Shown: piece by piece, positions 24,714 through 38,345 of the stretch
How positions within the stretch are numbered: position 1 is the first letter of the stretch
Layout: each line of letters opens with the position of its first letter
Origin: Malacoraja senta
Taxonomy: Eukaryota
Direction: 5' to 3'
Length of the DNA: 64,000 bases
Assembly: GCA_038087875.1 (NCBI GenBank)
Contig: JAXLNO010000269.1
Location: forward strand, 62,001-126,000
Made by a program: the position numbers and the translations under genes
Notes under the pieces: generated by a model
What the model was told of the DNA's origin: nothing
The model's database searches: none
What the model saw: the letters and a program-made list of their open reading frames with translations, nothing else

Positions 24714-25783
24714 TAAATATTTTTATTTTATTAGAAGTACAATTGTATACAATCATATTTTCATAATACATTTTATGTACAGCTTCTTATTTTTTCAGAT
24801 TTGCAATTTCTTGAAGACATACATACAAGGATATCAAAAAATAATTCCTGATTTATTGGAAGAAGTAATGATATTAAAGCTGATACACAAAAATTAATAT
24901 CATATTTATATAATAGTATTTTAAATATAGATTTACCTGCGACAGAGGTAATTAGAGAAGAGTGGGAACGGGAATTAATGATAAAATTACGAAGGTTACA
25001 TGGGAAAAGTATTTGACATACATTCACAAATGTTCGATTAATGCAAGACATAATCTAATTCAATTTAAAATTTTACATAGATTATATTACTCAAAAACAA
25101 CATTAAATAAATTTTACCCAAATATATCCCCCACTTGAGATAAATGTTTAACCCAGATGCAACTATAACACCCTCTTTTGTTCCTGTATAAAACTTTATA
25201 GATTTTGGAGTGATATTTTCGAAATATTCACAAAATTATTTAAGATAAAAATGGAACCAAATAATGAATTGATTATATTTGGGGTAATGGAAGATGGGAA
25301 TAAATTGAATCCATCTCAAAAATTATTTTTAAAATTTGGTTTAATAATAGCAAAAAAATTAATATTGAAATTTTGGAAAAATAGACCAATACCAACGCTC
25401 AAAATGTGGATTGCAAGTATGTTGGACACCGCACATCTTGAGGAAATGCGATTCCTCCTAATAGATAAATTTGACCAATTCACAACGAGTTGGTCTCCAT
25501 TTGTCCGTCTTTTTGGAATCATATGGTGCAACACAATTGTAAAAGCTAACTCGTGACTGGGCGAGGGATGGTCAAGATTATAAATAAGATCTCCTTACTT
25601 CTTTTTTCTTTTTCTTCCCTTATCTTTCTTTTCTTCTCTTTTTCCCTATTTTCTATTCTTTAACTTTCTTTTTCACTCTCTATTTTTCTTTTCCACACAC
25701 TATATATCTCACATTTTTCTATTTTTCATTATCTAACTTCTTTTTCTTTTTCTTCTTTATTATAAAAAAAATTTAAAAATAAG
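24714..25783 (-). mobile_element. L1-clade LINE 3' insertion with twin-priming inversion
   Basis: 17-bp TSD AAGGTAATTTGTGCTTT (24697-24713 / 25784-25800). 3' end on the minus strand at 24714-24795. Inverted ORF2 C-terminus on the plus strand (QFKILHRLYYS; ORF 25251-25556). Confidence 0.88.
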
Positions 25784-26284
25784 AAGGTAATTTGTGCTTT
25801 GATTAGGATTTTAAGACTGATAAATAGATGCCATGCTACAGATCTTTCCACAACTTCTCATTCATTCAATCAATTTAATTATTATTCAATAAACCAAGCC
25901 AAGCGAGACCAGGAGCAAACACAAATGAAAGCACTTGCCAGCTGTGCCAGGTTAGGATCTGAGTTTTGGCAAAATTCCAGCAATGTTTTGCAATATATTG
26001 GAAATCAATAGCTCCATGTTTGTGTTTGATGCTTTCTACTAACATCAGATTGAGAACTGAAGAGAAAAAAACTTATTGCATAAATGGGATTCTTTATGCA
26101 AAGATCTGCAACATTTGAATTCTGCACACTGATATAAATGAGTGTCATTGTGAAACACTCTAATCATGCCACTGATCTTCTCTGTCGTATCCAGGAATCA
26201 GTTCTGAAGCATTATAGAGCACCTTTTAGGAGACTTGGATAAGTTGTGGCAACTTGGGTAGAAACAGCTGATAATGCTCAAATT

Positions 26285-27450
26285 TGGGTTTAGCTTCATT
26301 ATTGTCATGTGTACAATGAAAAATGTTGCGTGCCATCCAATCAGATCGGATAATACTATGCATAAATACAATCAAGTCAAACTCATGTATAATAGGTAGA
26401 GCAAAGGGGAAGATACAGAGTGCATTGTTCTTTAGGCAAAGTTCTCAGCATTGTAGCGCATCAGTTCTTTAGGCAAAGTCCAATGTCTACAAAAGGTAGA
26501 GGTGAATCGGATAGTACCCTAGCTCATTAAAAGAGCCTGACAACAGAGGAGAAGAAGCTATTCTTGAGTGGTGCACACTTTCTAGTTCTGTACCTTCTGC
26601 CCAATGGGAGCAGGGAGAAAAAGGAATAACCAGGGTGGGACAAGTCTTTGATTGTAATGGCTGCCTTTCCGAGGCAGCGTGAAGCGTAGATGGAGTCAGT
26701 GGTGGGGAGTCAGGTCCATGCGATGGGCTACATCTACCACTCTACAATTTATTGTGATCTTGGGCAGAGCTATTCCCCGAAACCAGGCTATGATGCAACC
26801 AAACAGTATGCTTTCTACGGTGCATCTGTAGAGGTTTGTGAGAATCATTGGAGATGTGCCAAGTTTCTAAAGGAAGTAGAGGTGTTGGTGTGCCTTCTTG
26901 GTTGTCACATCAATGTGGTTGGTCCATGACAGATCGTTGGTAATATGAACCCCAAGGAACCTTAAGCTCTCAACCATTTTTCTTCCGCACCATTGATGTT
27001 GATTGAGGTACCATACATCCACCATACTTCCTGAAGTTGATAACTAACTCCTTCATCTTGTAACATTGAAGGAGAGGTTGTTGTACTGACACCGTTACTA
27101 AGTTCTCTATCTTCTTCCTGTACTCCGTCTCGTCATTGTTTATGATCCAGCCCACCACAGTGGCGTCATTTGCAAACTTGTAAATAGTTAGATATAGATA
27201 GATAGATATGCACGCTCAGGAACTTAAAGCTGTTGACTCTCTCCACCATCGTCCCGTCAATGAAAACAGGTTCATGAATTCCCTGCATTCCCCTTCTGAA
27301 ACCAACAATCAATTCCTTGTTCTTGTTTTGAACAAGATTGTTCTTTTGGCATCGTACAATCGGATTATCAATCTCCCTCCTGTACTCGTCGGTACCTGAT
27401 GGCTGGCTGCTCTGCTGCATATTTACAGCATTTTCTGATTTTAGTTCCAA
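26285..27450 (-). mobile_element. Rex-Babar LINE fragments
   Basis: KFANDAT-like motif; ORFs 26970 (NNDETEYRKKIENL) and 27166 (KELIVGFRR..VERVNSFKFL). Confidence 0.75.
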
Positions 27451-27794
27451 TTTCCAGTAACTTTTTTCTGCTTTTGAAACTGAAATGTTAATTCTGTTTT
27501 ATTTTATCTATTCTGTACACTACGTACAATGAATCTCTTCTTATTTTGTATCACTATCTCCATATGTTGACTACAAAGTATCGTTACATTTTCTGCAATC
27601 TGATTATAGTTTCACATTTTATGCTGTCTTTGGTCAGTTTACCCCCTTAAGACCAAACTGGAAGCAGGACCTTGCAACATGTGCCATCATAACATAGGGG
27701 ATTATTTCTGGATTCATGTGCATTGCAGCTTGTTAGACAGTTATGCTGCAATAACAATGTACATTAAGTAGCCACCAGGGTACTCTGCAAATAA

Positions 27795-28710
27795 TTGTAT
27801 TGTATTGTAATTAATTTATTAGCCAAGTATGTAAAAACATACAAGGAATTTGATTTGCCATACAGTCATACCGAAAAAGCAACAAGACACACAACTACAT
27901 AAAAATGGACATAAACATCCACCACAGCGCACAGCGATGGAAGGCAATAACATATTATCTTCTTCTCTCCTTTTCTCCCGCGGTCGGGACAGTCGACCCA
28001 TCCGCAGTCGGGGCGATCGAAGCTCCCGCAGCCGCCGATTGACTCCCGCGATCGGGGCGGTCGAAGCTCCTGCGGCTTGAAGCTGCCGAAGTCGATCCCT
28101 GACAAAGGGACCGCCAGTTGCAGCCCCTGTTCCATTAACTAAAGGGGCTGCTCCATGCCTTCTGGCTGCACTTCTCACCCACCATCCTCATCTTCGGACA
28201 CCCTGTGCGTAGGGGAGAGGGAAGGACTGAGGCTGTCCTGCTTGGGTTGCTCCTGGGCCTGGCCAAGCTAACCATCCATGAGTCACGGCGCCAGGCCGAA
28301 GAGGGCTCTGCCCGAGCCAGCTGCCTGCCCCTTTTCCGGGGTTACGTCCATGCCCGGGTGGTGTTAGAGAGGGACTATGCGCTGTCCATGGGCGCTGTCC
28401 TGGGGGATTTCTGGGAATGCTGGGCACCGCGGGGGTTTAATGCATCCTTGACAAGGATTGTAACATAGCTGTTTAGTTGTTTATTTAGTACATTTGTTTG
28501 TCTTGTATTATGGTGGTGGGTTCTGTTTTGTTTTATTGTATTGTAAATATTATTTTTAATAATTTTTTTTTTTAATCGGTGATGTTAAGTCCACAGGCTA
28601 CTGCGCTTGGAGCTCCCATAATCGATCCCCAGCAAGAGCCCACCAGCTCCTCGATGTTAGGCCGCAGTGCAGACGGAGATACGATACTGAAAAGTCGCAT
28701 CTGCGTCGAG
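27795..28710 (-). mobile_element. GC-rich non-coding retroposon-like element split by a Tx1 fragment
   Basis: (TACAA)n tail and AATAAA on the minus strand near 27800-27820. CpG-rich body to about 28130, resuming at about 28576. Confidence 0.5.
28140..28570 (+). mobile_element. Tx1-like (L1 clade) LINE 3' fragment
   Basis: ORF 28205-28468 LLLGLAKLTIHESRR...F..CWAP resembles the Tx1 ORF2 C-terminus. T-rich 3' UTR. Confidence 0.65.
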
Positions 28711-28714
28711 TTAG

Positions 28715-29955
28715 GTTAGACCCCAGTCTGTTAGGTCAGACAACCGCACCTCTTCAACCCTCACCCTGAACACCGGCGTTCCACAGGGCTGTGTGCTGAG
28801 TCCTCTCCTCTACTCCCTCTTCACCTACGACTGCACACCTGTACATGGTACTAACACCATCATCAAGTATGCAGATGATACAACGGTGATTGGCCTCATC
28901 AGCGACAACGATGAGTCGGCCTATAGGGAGGAGGTCCAGCTCCTAGCAGCATGGTGCGCTGACAACAACCTGGCCCTTAACTCCAAGAAGACCAAGGAGC
29001 TCATTGTGGACTACAGGAGGTCTAGGGGCTGCACGCCCACCCCCATCCACATTAACGGGACAGAGGTGGAGCGTGTTTCCAGCTTCAGGTTTCTGGGGGT
29101 CAACATCTCTGATGACCTCTCTTGGACCCACAATACCTCAACACTGTTCAAGAAGGTTCACCAGTGTCTCTTCTTCCTGAGGAGAATTGTGCTTCTGATT
29201 TTCTTTTTTGTGTTTTTGGAAGGAATTCTGTCCCTGATTTGTGTATTGGTCTTTATAACTTATTTTTTAAAATTCTGATTATATGTTTCCTATAAGTCTC
29301 TGTAAGGTGTCCTTGAGACCTCGGTATAAGGCGCCCATAAATAAAATTCATTATTATTATTATTATTATTATCTGTCTCCTCAGATTCTGGTGAACTTCT
29401 ACCGCTGCACCATCGAGAGCATCCTTACCAACTGTATCACAGTATGGTATGGCAACTGCTTTGTCTCTGACCGGAAAGCACAGCAGAGGGAGGTGAAAAC
29501 CGCCCAACGCATCACCGGTTCCTCACTCCCCTCCATTGAGTCTGTCCAGAGCAAGCGATGTCTGCGAAGGGCGCGCAGCGTCGTCAAGGACTGCTCTCAC
29601 CCCAACCACAGACTGTTTACCCTCCTCCCATCTGGAAGGCGCTACAGGTCTCTCCGTTGCCGGACCAGCAGGTTCAGGAACAGCTTCTTCCCTGCGGTCG
29701 TTACCCTACTTAACTCTGCACCTTGGTGATTGCCAGTCACCCCCCCCCCCGCCCTCGGACACTCCTTTCCCCAGTGACTGATCTCCCCCCCCATGAAAGT
29801 TGCACTACTGTATATACTGTATATACATATATATATATATTTTACTGTTCCATTATTCTGTGTTCGCTCTTCTGGGTGAGATGCTAACTGCATTTCGTTG
29901 TCTCTGTACTTGTACACTGCACAATGACAATAAAGTTTTGAATCTGAATCTGAAG
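28715..29955 (+). mobile_element. Rex-Babar LINE RT/3' end with internal insertion
   Basis: GVPQGCVLSPLLYSLFTYD, KYADDT, LPSGRRYRSLRCRTSRFRNSFFP; (TGAATC)n tail. Confidence 0.92.
29186..29371 (+). mobile_element. Short L2-like 3'-tail insertion (second copy about 30215-30403)
   Basis: TGTAAGGTGTCCTTGAG...GGCGCCCATAAATAAA plus (TTA)n. Two near-identical copies 1 kb apart. Confidence 0.65.
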
Positions 29956-31271
29956 ATTTTTATGTAATGCACAGTATTTTAACCAATTGCCAGTAGTTAT
30001 AGGATATTTTGGGCATTTTTCAAACAGGGGGAAAACCTGCCCTTTGTGTGAAAATCCATTTCACAATTTGATTCCTGAATGGTTCCAGCTCCATTTCATT
30101 TTCCTCGTTCTCCCTCTCTCTCCACGTCACCTAAATATTAGCACACCCAGCTTTGATTGGAGCACTGAAAACTCCTGAAAGTTAAAATAGTTTTTTAACT
30201 ATACTTTCTCTATAATTGTGTTTCTGATTTTCTTTTTTGTGTTTTTGGAAGGAATTCTGTCCCAGATTTGTGTATTGGCCTTTATAACTTATTTTTTTAA
30301 TTCTGATTATTCTGATTATATGTTAACCATAAATCTCTGTAAGGTGTCCTTGAGACCTCGGTATAAGGAGCCCATAAATATAATTCATTATTATTATTAT
30401 TATACTGCTGTGACACGATATTCTGCTCTCTGGCATTTTTCTCTTTGCACTACTTGTTGTGCTAAGGCATGCTTTGATTATACTCATGTCTGGTTTGATT
30501 TGACCGGATAGCACCCAAACAAAGATTTTTACTATATCTCGATACAGGTGACAATAATAAACCAACACCACCGTTTGAGCTGTTTTACAGTGGAGATGCC
30601 GACCCTTCTGGATTGTCTGGGAGTTTCCAGTAATTGAACTAAACCTCCCAGAGAGCACTGAGAATGAACCGGGAGATAAATCCCTCTAGAAGTACATGGG
30701 AGATCATGCACATTGAGGGGGCGGATTGAACCAAACTAAATTTTGAGGAGGTCCAGACACAGGCTAATGCAGCTGTGTAGAGATTACCTGCCTTCTACCC
30801 AGAACAGAGGAGGGGGTCAAATGTGAATGGTCACAGGCCGTGACAGTAGTGCGACAGCTCCCTGCCCAAGTCTGATCCATATCCATATGTTGTAGTCAGT
30901 CTCAATTACAGCCAAGGCTCAGCGCACAATGTGCATTGTCCCACTTTCACGTTCTCTAAAATGATGTGAGGATTCATCGATTTGACCACCATAAGCATTC
31001 TCCTGTGCAGTAGCATGCTGGAACAAACTGGGTACCCAGTCATTGTTATCGACTATATTCGTTACCTAATAATGGGCGGTCAGCAGAGACATTGAATCAG
31101 TCACACAAGTGGGGCCCCCACCTGTATTATTCGGGCACCGGTTTGGTCTGAAACCAAAGCATGAAGCAGCCGGTGCTAATGCAAACTAAAGCCTGGGCTT
31201 GGAGATCCTCAGTTCACTACAACTCTGGCACTGTTTGGACATCTGTCATTACTATGGTCTGGTTGTACCAA

Positions 31272-31800
31272 CCTTTCTGTCCATGGCCTCCTCCATTGCT
31301 AGAGTGAGGCCACACACAAACAGAAGGAACACCACCTCATATTCCACTTGTGTGAGCTTACAACCTAAAATATGAACCTGGTTTCTCCAATTTTAGGTAA
31401 CAACCCAATCTCCCCCCACCTTCTTTCCAGTTCTTCTTTCCACTCCCATGCCTCCACTATCCTGCCCCCCTTTCCCCATCCCTCTGTCCCCTCCAATCTA
31501 CATCCAACTTCTCTGGTTTCACTCGTCTTCTCTCCTTACCTCACAGCCTTTTGTCTTCTTTTCATCTCTAGCCTTTGTCCACCCTCGACCAACCAAGCCC
31601 TCCTCACCTCTATAACTTGTCAGGCTTTGTCCTGCCCCCAACTCTTTTCCAGCTTTCTCCCCACTACTGCAATTAGTCTGAAGAAGGGTCCTGACCAGAA
31701 ACATCAACTGTGTCTTCCAGAGATGCTGCCTGACCTGGACTTTACTCCAGCACTTTGTGGGGGGGGTTTTGTAATCAGCATCTGCAGTTCCTTGTGTCTA
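31272..31800 (+). mobile_element. Penelope-like element 3' end (GIY-YIG C-terminal remnant plus pLTR with hammerhead motif)
   Basis: Translates LSVHGLLHC*SEATHKQKEHHLIFHL, then (frameshift) SLQP..MN, resembling PLE ORF ends. A pyrimidine-rich spacer follows, then CTGAAGA-AGGGTC-CT-GACCA-GAAAC at 31678-31702. Confidence 0.75.
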
Positions 31801-32691
31801 GAGGTACTGGGAGCCCTGGGTCTCACTCTACATTCATGCCCTTGCTCAATCCCACCAGTATAAACTCACCCTGTCATGCCTCTGACAGCCAGTAGGTCTG
31901 CTGCTGCCTTTACCAAGGTTTATTTTTGCCTGCCCAGTTTTAAAACATACTTTGGCTACAGTTGCAATTAAATGGTAATTATTCAACAAATAATGAACAC
32001 GTAATGCCAGAGAGAGATAGAGATTCTGTTTACTTGCACCAGAGGACATTGAACTAATTTGAATCCTATGAAGTGTAATCGCGGTTGTAATGTCCACCAG
32101 TGCAGCGGCCAGTTTGTGAATGGAAAGGTCTTGTCAACAGTGTGGCGATAACTGGCTGTGTTGTTTGTTGAAGAATGTTGCACAGCACACCAGCTAAACA
32201 TAACTCGTTGTCAACCCCAGCCACACTCACAGTGTGGACACCAGTAGGTTTCATTACAAGCACACTTTGGGAAATAAGCCTGGATCTTATGTTGGATATT
32301 GGTTTCAACATCTTCTGCTGCAGGAGTAAGATAACATAGCTTGAGCCAACATGACCTTAAATAGCAAAGGTTGGAAATAATGCCTTGTGAGATATTGGCT
32401 CAGAATTTGACGTGGGATTTTCATATCCCAGAGGAATAAAGCTGCAGTTTATGGTGATGCAGTAATCTGTTGCAAGTAATGAATTGCTACAACTTTCTGC
32501 TGACTCGCTCCCTTAGGTGGAGGTGAAGACAGGAACTTGCAATCACACACACCTCAGCAAATCACACTCAGCTTCCTTTGACACTTTCTTCAGCATTAAG
32601 CACCTCCCCCACTCCAATTTAACCCCTCCCCCTCCCCCAATTCCACTCCACTGAAGTACAACAAAAACACACACATTCACACAGTTCCCAG

Positions 32692-33255
32692 GTCATAGAG
32701 TCTTAAAACATGGAAACAGGCCCTTCGTTCCAACTCATCCATGCGGACCATGATGCCCAATCTGTGCTAATGCCTTTTACCTGCATTTGGCCAATATCTC
32801 ACTAAACCTTTCCGATCCATGTCCGATTGTCTTTTAAATGCTTTTATCGTACCTGCCTCACCTACTTCTACTGTCAGCTCATTCAATATACCCACCATCC
32901 TCTGAATGAAAAAGTTTCCCCTCAGGTTCCTATTAAATCCCTCTCACCTTAAACCTATGTCTGCTGGTTCTTGATTCCCCTACCTTGTGTAAAAGATTTT
33001 TGTGCATTCACTCTATCTATTATGATCATTCGTTTATGGATCTCTATATGATCATTTCTCAGCCTCTGAGCTCCATGGAATAAAGTCCTAACCTGCCCAA
33101 CTTCTTTCTATCGCTCAGGCCCTCAAGTCCTGGCAACATCCTCGTAAACATTCTCTGTACTTTTTCCAGTTTAATGACAACCTTCCTATAGCAGGGTGAC
33201 CAAAACGGAACCCAGTGCTCCAAATATGGCCTCAACAATATATTGTACAACTGTA
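32692..33255 (-). mobile_element. CR1 LINE 3' end
   Basis: ORF 33059-33250 LLRPYLEHWVPFWSPCYRK...GLYSME. Confidence 0.85.
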
Positions 33256-34014
33256 GCTAGATTGCTCTAGCTACCTCTGCTAGATTATGTGCTGAGAATT
33301 CTGCCAGCCCAGCAATCTTACCTTTTTCAACTCACTGCTCTCTCTGCCCACCTAGCCATTGACCATTTCCCTCCTTTAGCACTTCCTCCTCCATATAATC
33401 TTCCTGACCCACGTCTACAGTCACTCATGGTCTTACCATTTCCCTCTCACTATTCCCAATCCTTAATCATAGATGGAGGTCATCACCTCAGCCACAGATC
33501 TGGCCACTTCCTTGTATGGCTTCTCTCATCTTTCCAATCTTGCTTCTGCCACTTCCCTTGGATAAGTGCTCTTTTCATTCCCTCAGTCTGCATTTACAAA
33601 TTGCCCTCAATTTGCCACTACATTTCCACAGCTAGTGATCCAGATATGACCCCATGTATTAGAACTAACTCACTAACCACTTTGTTTTTGGTCCTTTGGA
33701 TGTAATCATCAGGCCAGGACTTGTCAGCTCAGACAATGACTTGTTTCATACCACTGCCCAGGTGATGGTATTTTTCTGAGCTTCCCCCTACCTTCCAGGT
33801 CTTCAGTTGCTCAGCCAAACTCTTTACTTCATTTTTGGTGCCATAGTTCCTAATACATCACCATCAAATTGTTTGTCCGACATCCAACACAGGATGAGCA
33901 GAAATTCCCACTCCTGAATATTATTAACATAAGAAAATAAGAAACTGAAGCAGGTGGAGGCTATTTGGCCCCTCACGCCTCCACCCGTGTTAAACAAGAT
34001 CTTGCTGATCTGAT

Positions 34015-34300
34015 AAAAAGGAACAGCAAATGCTGATTTATACCAAAGATAGAAACAAAATACTGCAGCAATTCATCGGAGAAAGCAGCATCTCTGGAGA
34101 AAGTGGGTAGGTGATGTTTCGGGTTGGTACGCTTCTTCAGACTGATTGTCGTAGGGGAGCAGGGGAAAAAAAAATGGATGCAAAAAGAAGCACTACAAAT
34201 TATGGCCAGCAACAGATGACCTCAGGCGAGGGACTTCCCTGATAGGCAGATTGTTGCACAAAGGCTAGATATGGAAACGGATGTGAGCCCAAGAGGGATA
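34015..34300 (-). mobile_element. Penelope-like pLTR tail with degenerate hammerhead motif
   Basis: Minus strand CTGAAGAAGCGTACCAACCCGAAACATC at about 34113-34140, followed by AGAGATGCTGC. Confidence 0.65.
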
Positions 34301-36579
34301 CATAGAGACCCCAGGTTAAGGAGGTAGATTATTGGTCCCAGAATGATCAAGATCCAAGACATCCCTGTTTACAATGCAATTAAACTAAGGCTTGTGGGCA
34401 AAAAATAAATGCTTCCAACACAGAGCAAAGTGTGAGATGTTCATTGCAGCTAATTCAAACTCTTAACTAGTGTAGGTTGAGAACAAAAACAGAGGCATCA
34501 GCATAAGATTACACTGAAATATATAAGAGTTCTGCAGTTAGTGATTTTATCAACTTGAAGCAAGCAACTTGTTTGTGAAGGACACCAAGAGGTCACATGA
34601 CCAACAAAGCAACATACGTTGGTAATGTTTTGCTCCTCCAGGCTACAAGCTCACTGCCAACACCCAGCAGCGAATTACCCCAGATGCAACCGATAAAGCT
34701 CAGCGATGCGAGGCAGCCTGCGTGCTGAGAGGGCAAGTAGTGAAGGGGACAAGTAATCAGCGGGGAGAGGCTGCCGATGGAATTTTACAAAGCTGCCTCA
34801 CTCATCCACCACAGAATTGGCAAATTGAGATGCTCCATGGCTCAGGCTTCTCATTGTTCAGTCAGCACCCCGGCCTGCTGTGTGTTCTTCAGGGAGGTTG
34901 AGCTCAGCTCGTTCAGTTGAATACTGGCAGGAAGGATCGCAGATGCTCAACGTCACTTGTGTTTTATGCTGACATCCCAGTGATATCTTAGAGTTATGCA
35001 GAAGTAGGGAACTGTCTTGGTAACTTAGCCCTTTCAAAGGCTTACCAATAAGGGTAAGGGACAGAGTAGAGGACATATCTAGTCCCTTGAACAGAGAAGG
35101 CCACCTTTGTTGAGCCTGCCCAACATCACTTGACGTTGGACTCTTATGACCAGCGGGAAATAATGACTGGAGGAGATTTGAAGCTGGATTCAAAGAAACA
35201 AAAGCACGAAGTCTCTGTACTGTAACAGTGTTCAGTCCCTGTAAATCAAACATTCACACGCGTTTAGGGAGCACATGAGGCTGTAAAATTCTCTGCTTGT
35301 AATTCAAGAGAAAAGAAAGACATGGAAAGAGTGGGAGACTTGTATTTATACAACTCTTATGACCTTGGGATGCCTCTAAGAAGTTTAGAGCCACTTTTTC
35401 AAGCGCAGCCCTCAGTTGTAATGAATAGTTGAGCATAAACAAGACTATGATAATGGTCAGATAACTTATTTTTAAATTTATACAATACATGGGTGATACG
35501 TCCATGTTTCAGTACCACTTGTCTTACCCCAGCCTAATTCTAAGCCTTGGTAGACCTCTGTAATGTACTCCTTTTCTTCAAACATACCACTTTCCAATAG
35601 TCTTTACTTTATCTACATAATCTGCATGTTACGCTTTCAAAACCACTCTCAAGGTCATTTCTACATGCTTCATGCGTAGTTGCTGGAATGCTTCCGACTT
35701 CCCACACCAAAAGAATTCACGCACAGGCACCTGCTACTCTTCAGGACGTGGTACAGTTAAGTCACTTTCCAATCCCCAGGGGCTGTCCAAATAGCATGGT
35801 TAGCTGAGCTCAACACTTCTTGCACTGAAGCTTAATTTTGATTTGATCCCTGATGTCTGAAAGGATACAGAAGACCCTCCAACCTCACCCATGGGAATGC
35901 CGTTGTTCCTTCCTTTTCACTGCATTAGGATTCTTAAACTCCCTCACCAAAAACACAATGGGAAGATCGGACCCTCAAAGGTTACTCATCACCACTTTGT
36001 CAATCAGGGATAGACAATATGTGCCGATGAAGCACGTCTGGACTCAGCGACCATCAATCTGTAGTCTGGACCGTCTTCACCTGACGAAGCCCACATCCCA
36101 TGAATGGTCATAAAAGCCTTTCCAGTTCAATTCCTTGCTTGCTGTTGTCTCTTTTGATCCACTTTAACTACATTGTGTTGGCAGTGTTGGTATTTTTCCA
36201 CTGCCTTGTGATACCCGCAGTAAGTAGCCCAGTCAGAAGCATTGAAGAAGGGAGGGATCATTGCTGCCCAATAGACCATGAATTTTGTGCCATTTCCAAA
36301 CGTTGACTTTCAGTACACCTTTCCTTCATCGATCAAAGCCTGTTATCGTTTCTGGATTTATTAATGATTATCTTTTATTCATTGCCCATAGTTTTGAATC
36401 AGTTGAAAGCAAACTCTCTGTCTGCCATGCAAACGCCTTTGTAATTCATTCTTGACGAATATCTGACATTCTTTCTTTAGTTGAGTATACAACCCTAGCC
36501 TATGTGCTGTCCTTGTAACACTTCTTCATACTTCCTCCAGGAACAATTTTAGTTCAACCTCTAATTCCCGATTCGCCCT

Positions 36580-37000
36580 TTAGAAATATTTTATGAAATG
36601 GATTTGATTTATTGGCTTTATAATAGGCCCCAGTGTTTTCCAAATGATTTATATCAAACGAACAGGCCTGTAATTCCGAGCACTGTCGATCTGACATGAA
36701 TTTGGACGCAAAAAACGTTCCATTTGTTTAGTTTTACCCTTCAGTTCAAAGAGATGTTAAGAAAAAGTGTTGTTGAACCCTCTCCTCCTCATTTCATTAA
36801 TTGTATTTGGAAGAATGTCGTAGTGACCTGTTGGCCAATAAAAGGGAAAGTTCTCATGTTCTCTCTTAACCATTTCATTTCCAGTCTCCAATCTTTCCAT
36901 GAAGTTGAACGCATTGTCACCGTGCTAAATTTCAGTTATCAACAGTAATTAATATTTGTTAATTACTGTTGATTGACAGGAAAATCCTCAAGGAAAGTGG
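36580..37000. promoter_or_regulatory. Candidate homeodomain-rich enhancer (CNE-like)
   Basis: TGATTTAT at 36605 and 36645, TGATTGACAG at 36970, 15-bp palindrome 36938-36973. No repeat recognised. Confidence 0.35.
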
Positions 37001-37729
37001 AGCAAATTGAAAAAGCAACCATGCGTATTGGGGCTTTGAGTATAAAGTTAGGCTGCAAATGCTGGAAACACTCAGCAAGTCAGGCAGCATCTCAGGAGAG
37101 AGAAACATAGGTCAATGTGCTGGATCAATGAACTTTTCCCAGTGTTCATCACTTCTGTAAAAAGGTCAAGAATCTGAAATGTTAAGTGCTTTGAATCATT
37201 TTTTGACATTAAAGGCTTGTAAACTGTTTTTAAAGAGCAATCTTTCTTACCATTTTCCCTTGGCTCATCTCTAGATAATGATCTGCACTTACATAGTACC
37301 TCTATTAAGGCCAAATACTCTGACACTTCACAGGACTGCAGAGATTGCTCCAATTTGTTTCTGCACTTGGTGTTTTGAGAGTATTGGTCTTCCAGATGCT
37401 TGTCTTTCTTCTACGAAAGAGCATCCTGCTATTGGATGAGCCAATCCATGGCTTGGTGAGAAAATATTTCTTTGTGTGAATTTTAACAACATTGTGCATC
37501 GCACTGCTTCAAGAACAACCCGTTTTCTCCATACAAGTACTGATTGATCGCTGGTGGGATGCATAAGAAGCTGAAGGAGATCTTTACTGAAGCTTTTGGT
37601 GGCAATCTGGCTCATTGAGCCTGTTCCAGTAATCAATCAGAAAGACTCTGGTTCTGCTCTATTCACCTCTACATCCCTCAATCCCCTTTGCTGAACAAAA
37701 TAAATTAACCCAATGCAGTTTTGTCTTTC

Positions 37730-38345
37730 TTAGAAGTTTAAAGAAATTTTGCATGTCACCGAATACTCTAAAAAACCTATAGATGCACTATCGAAACTAT
37801 CCTGGTGGCATCATGGCCTAGTATGGCAATTTCAACACACAGGAATGCAAAAGATTAGAGTGGTGGACCAGCCCTGTCCATCATGGACAAAGCCCTCCCC
37901 ACCATTGAAAGCACCTACATGAGGTGCTGCCTAAAGAAGATGGCATCTATCATCCAGGTTCCCCATGCTCTCTTCTCACTGCTACCATCGGGCTGGAGAT
38001 ACAGAAGCCTTAAGTCCCTGAAGTTCAGGAACAACTACTTTCCTACAAATATCAAGTTCTTGAACTGACCTGTACAACCCTAATCCTACCTCAACAATGG
38101 AATACTACAGGCCGTCTCTTGCACTAATCTTGGACTTGTTTTCTAATTGTGCCTTTTTGCACAAATGTTGTTTCTTTTGCAGTCTTTTTCTTTTAGAAAT
38201 TGTAGAAATTATATATAATTTATGTATAGTTTATGTTGTTACGTGTTGTCTGAGTCTACGTGCAGCGATACTGCCTCGGGCAAGATTTTCATTGTATCTA
38301 TACTTCACCGCACGTGCATATAACCCAATAACATCAACTTGATGC
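37730..38345 (+). mobile_element. Rex-Babar LINE 3' fragment
   Basis: ORF 37883-38068 LPSGWRYRSLK..FRNNYFP. Confidence 0.8.
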
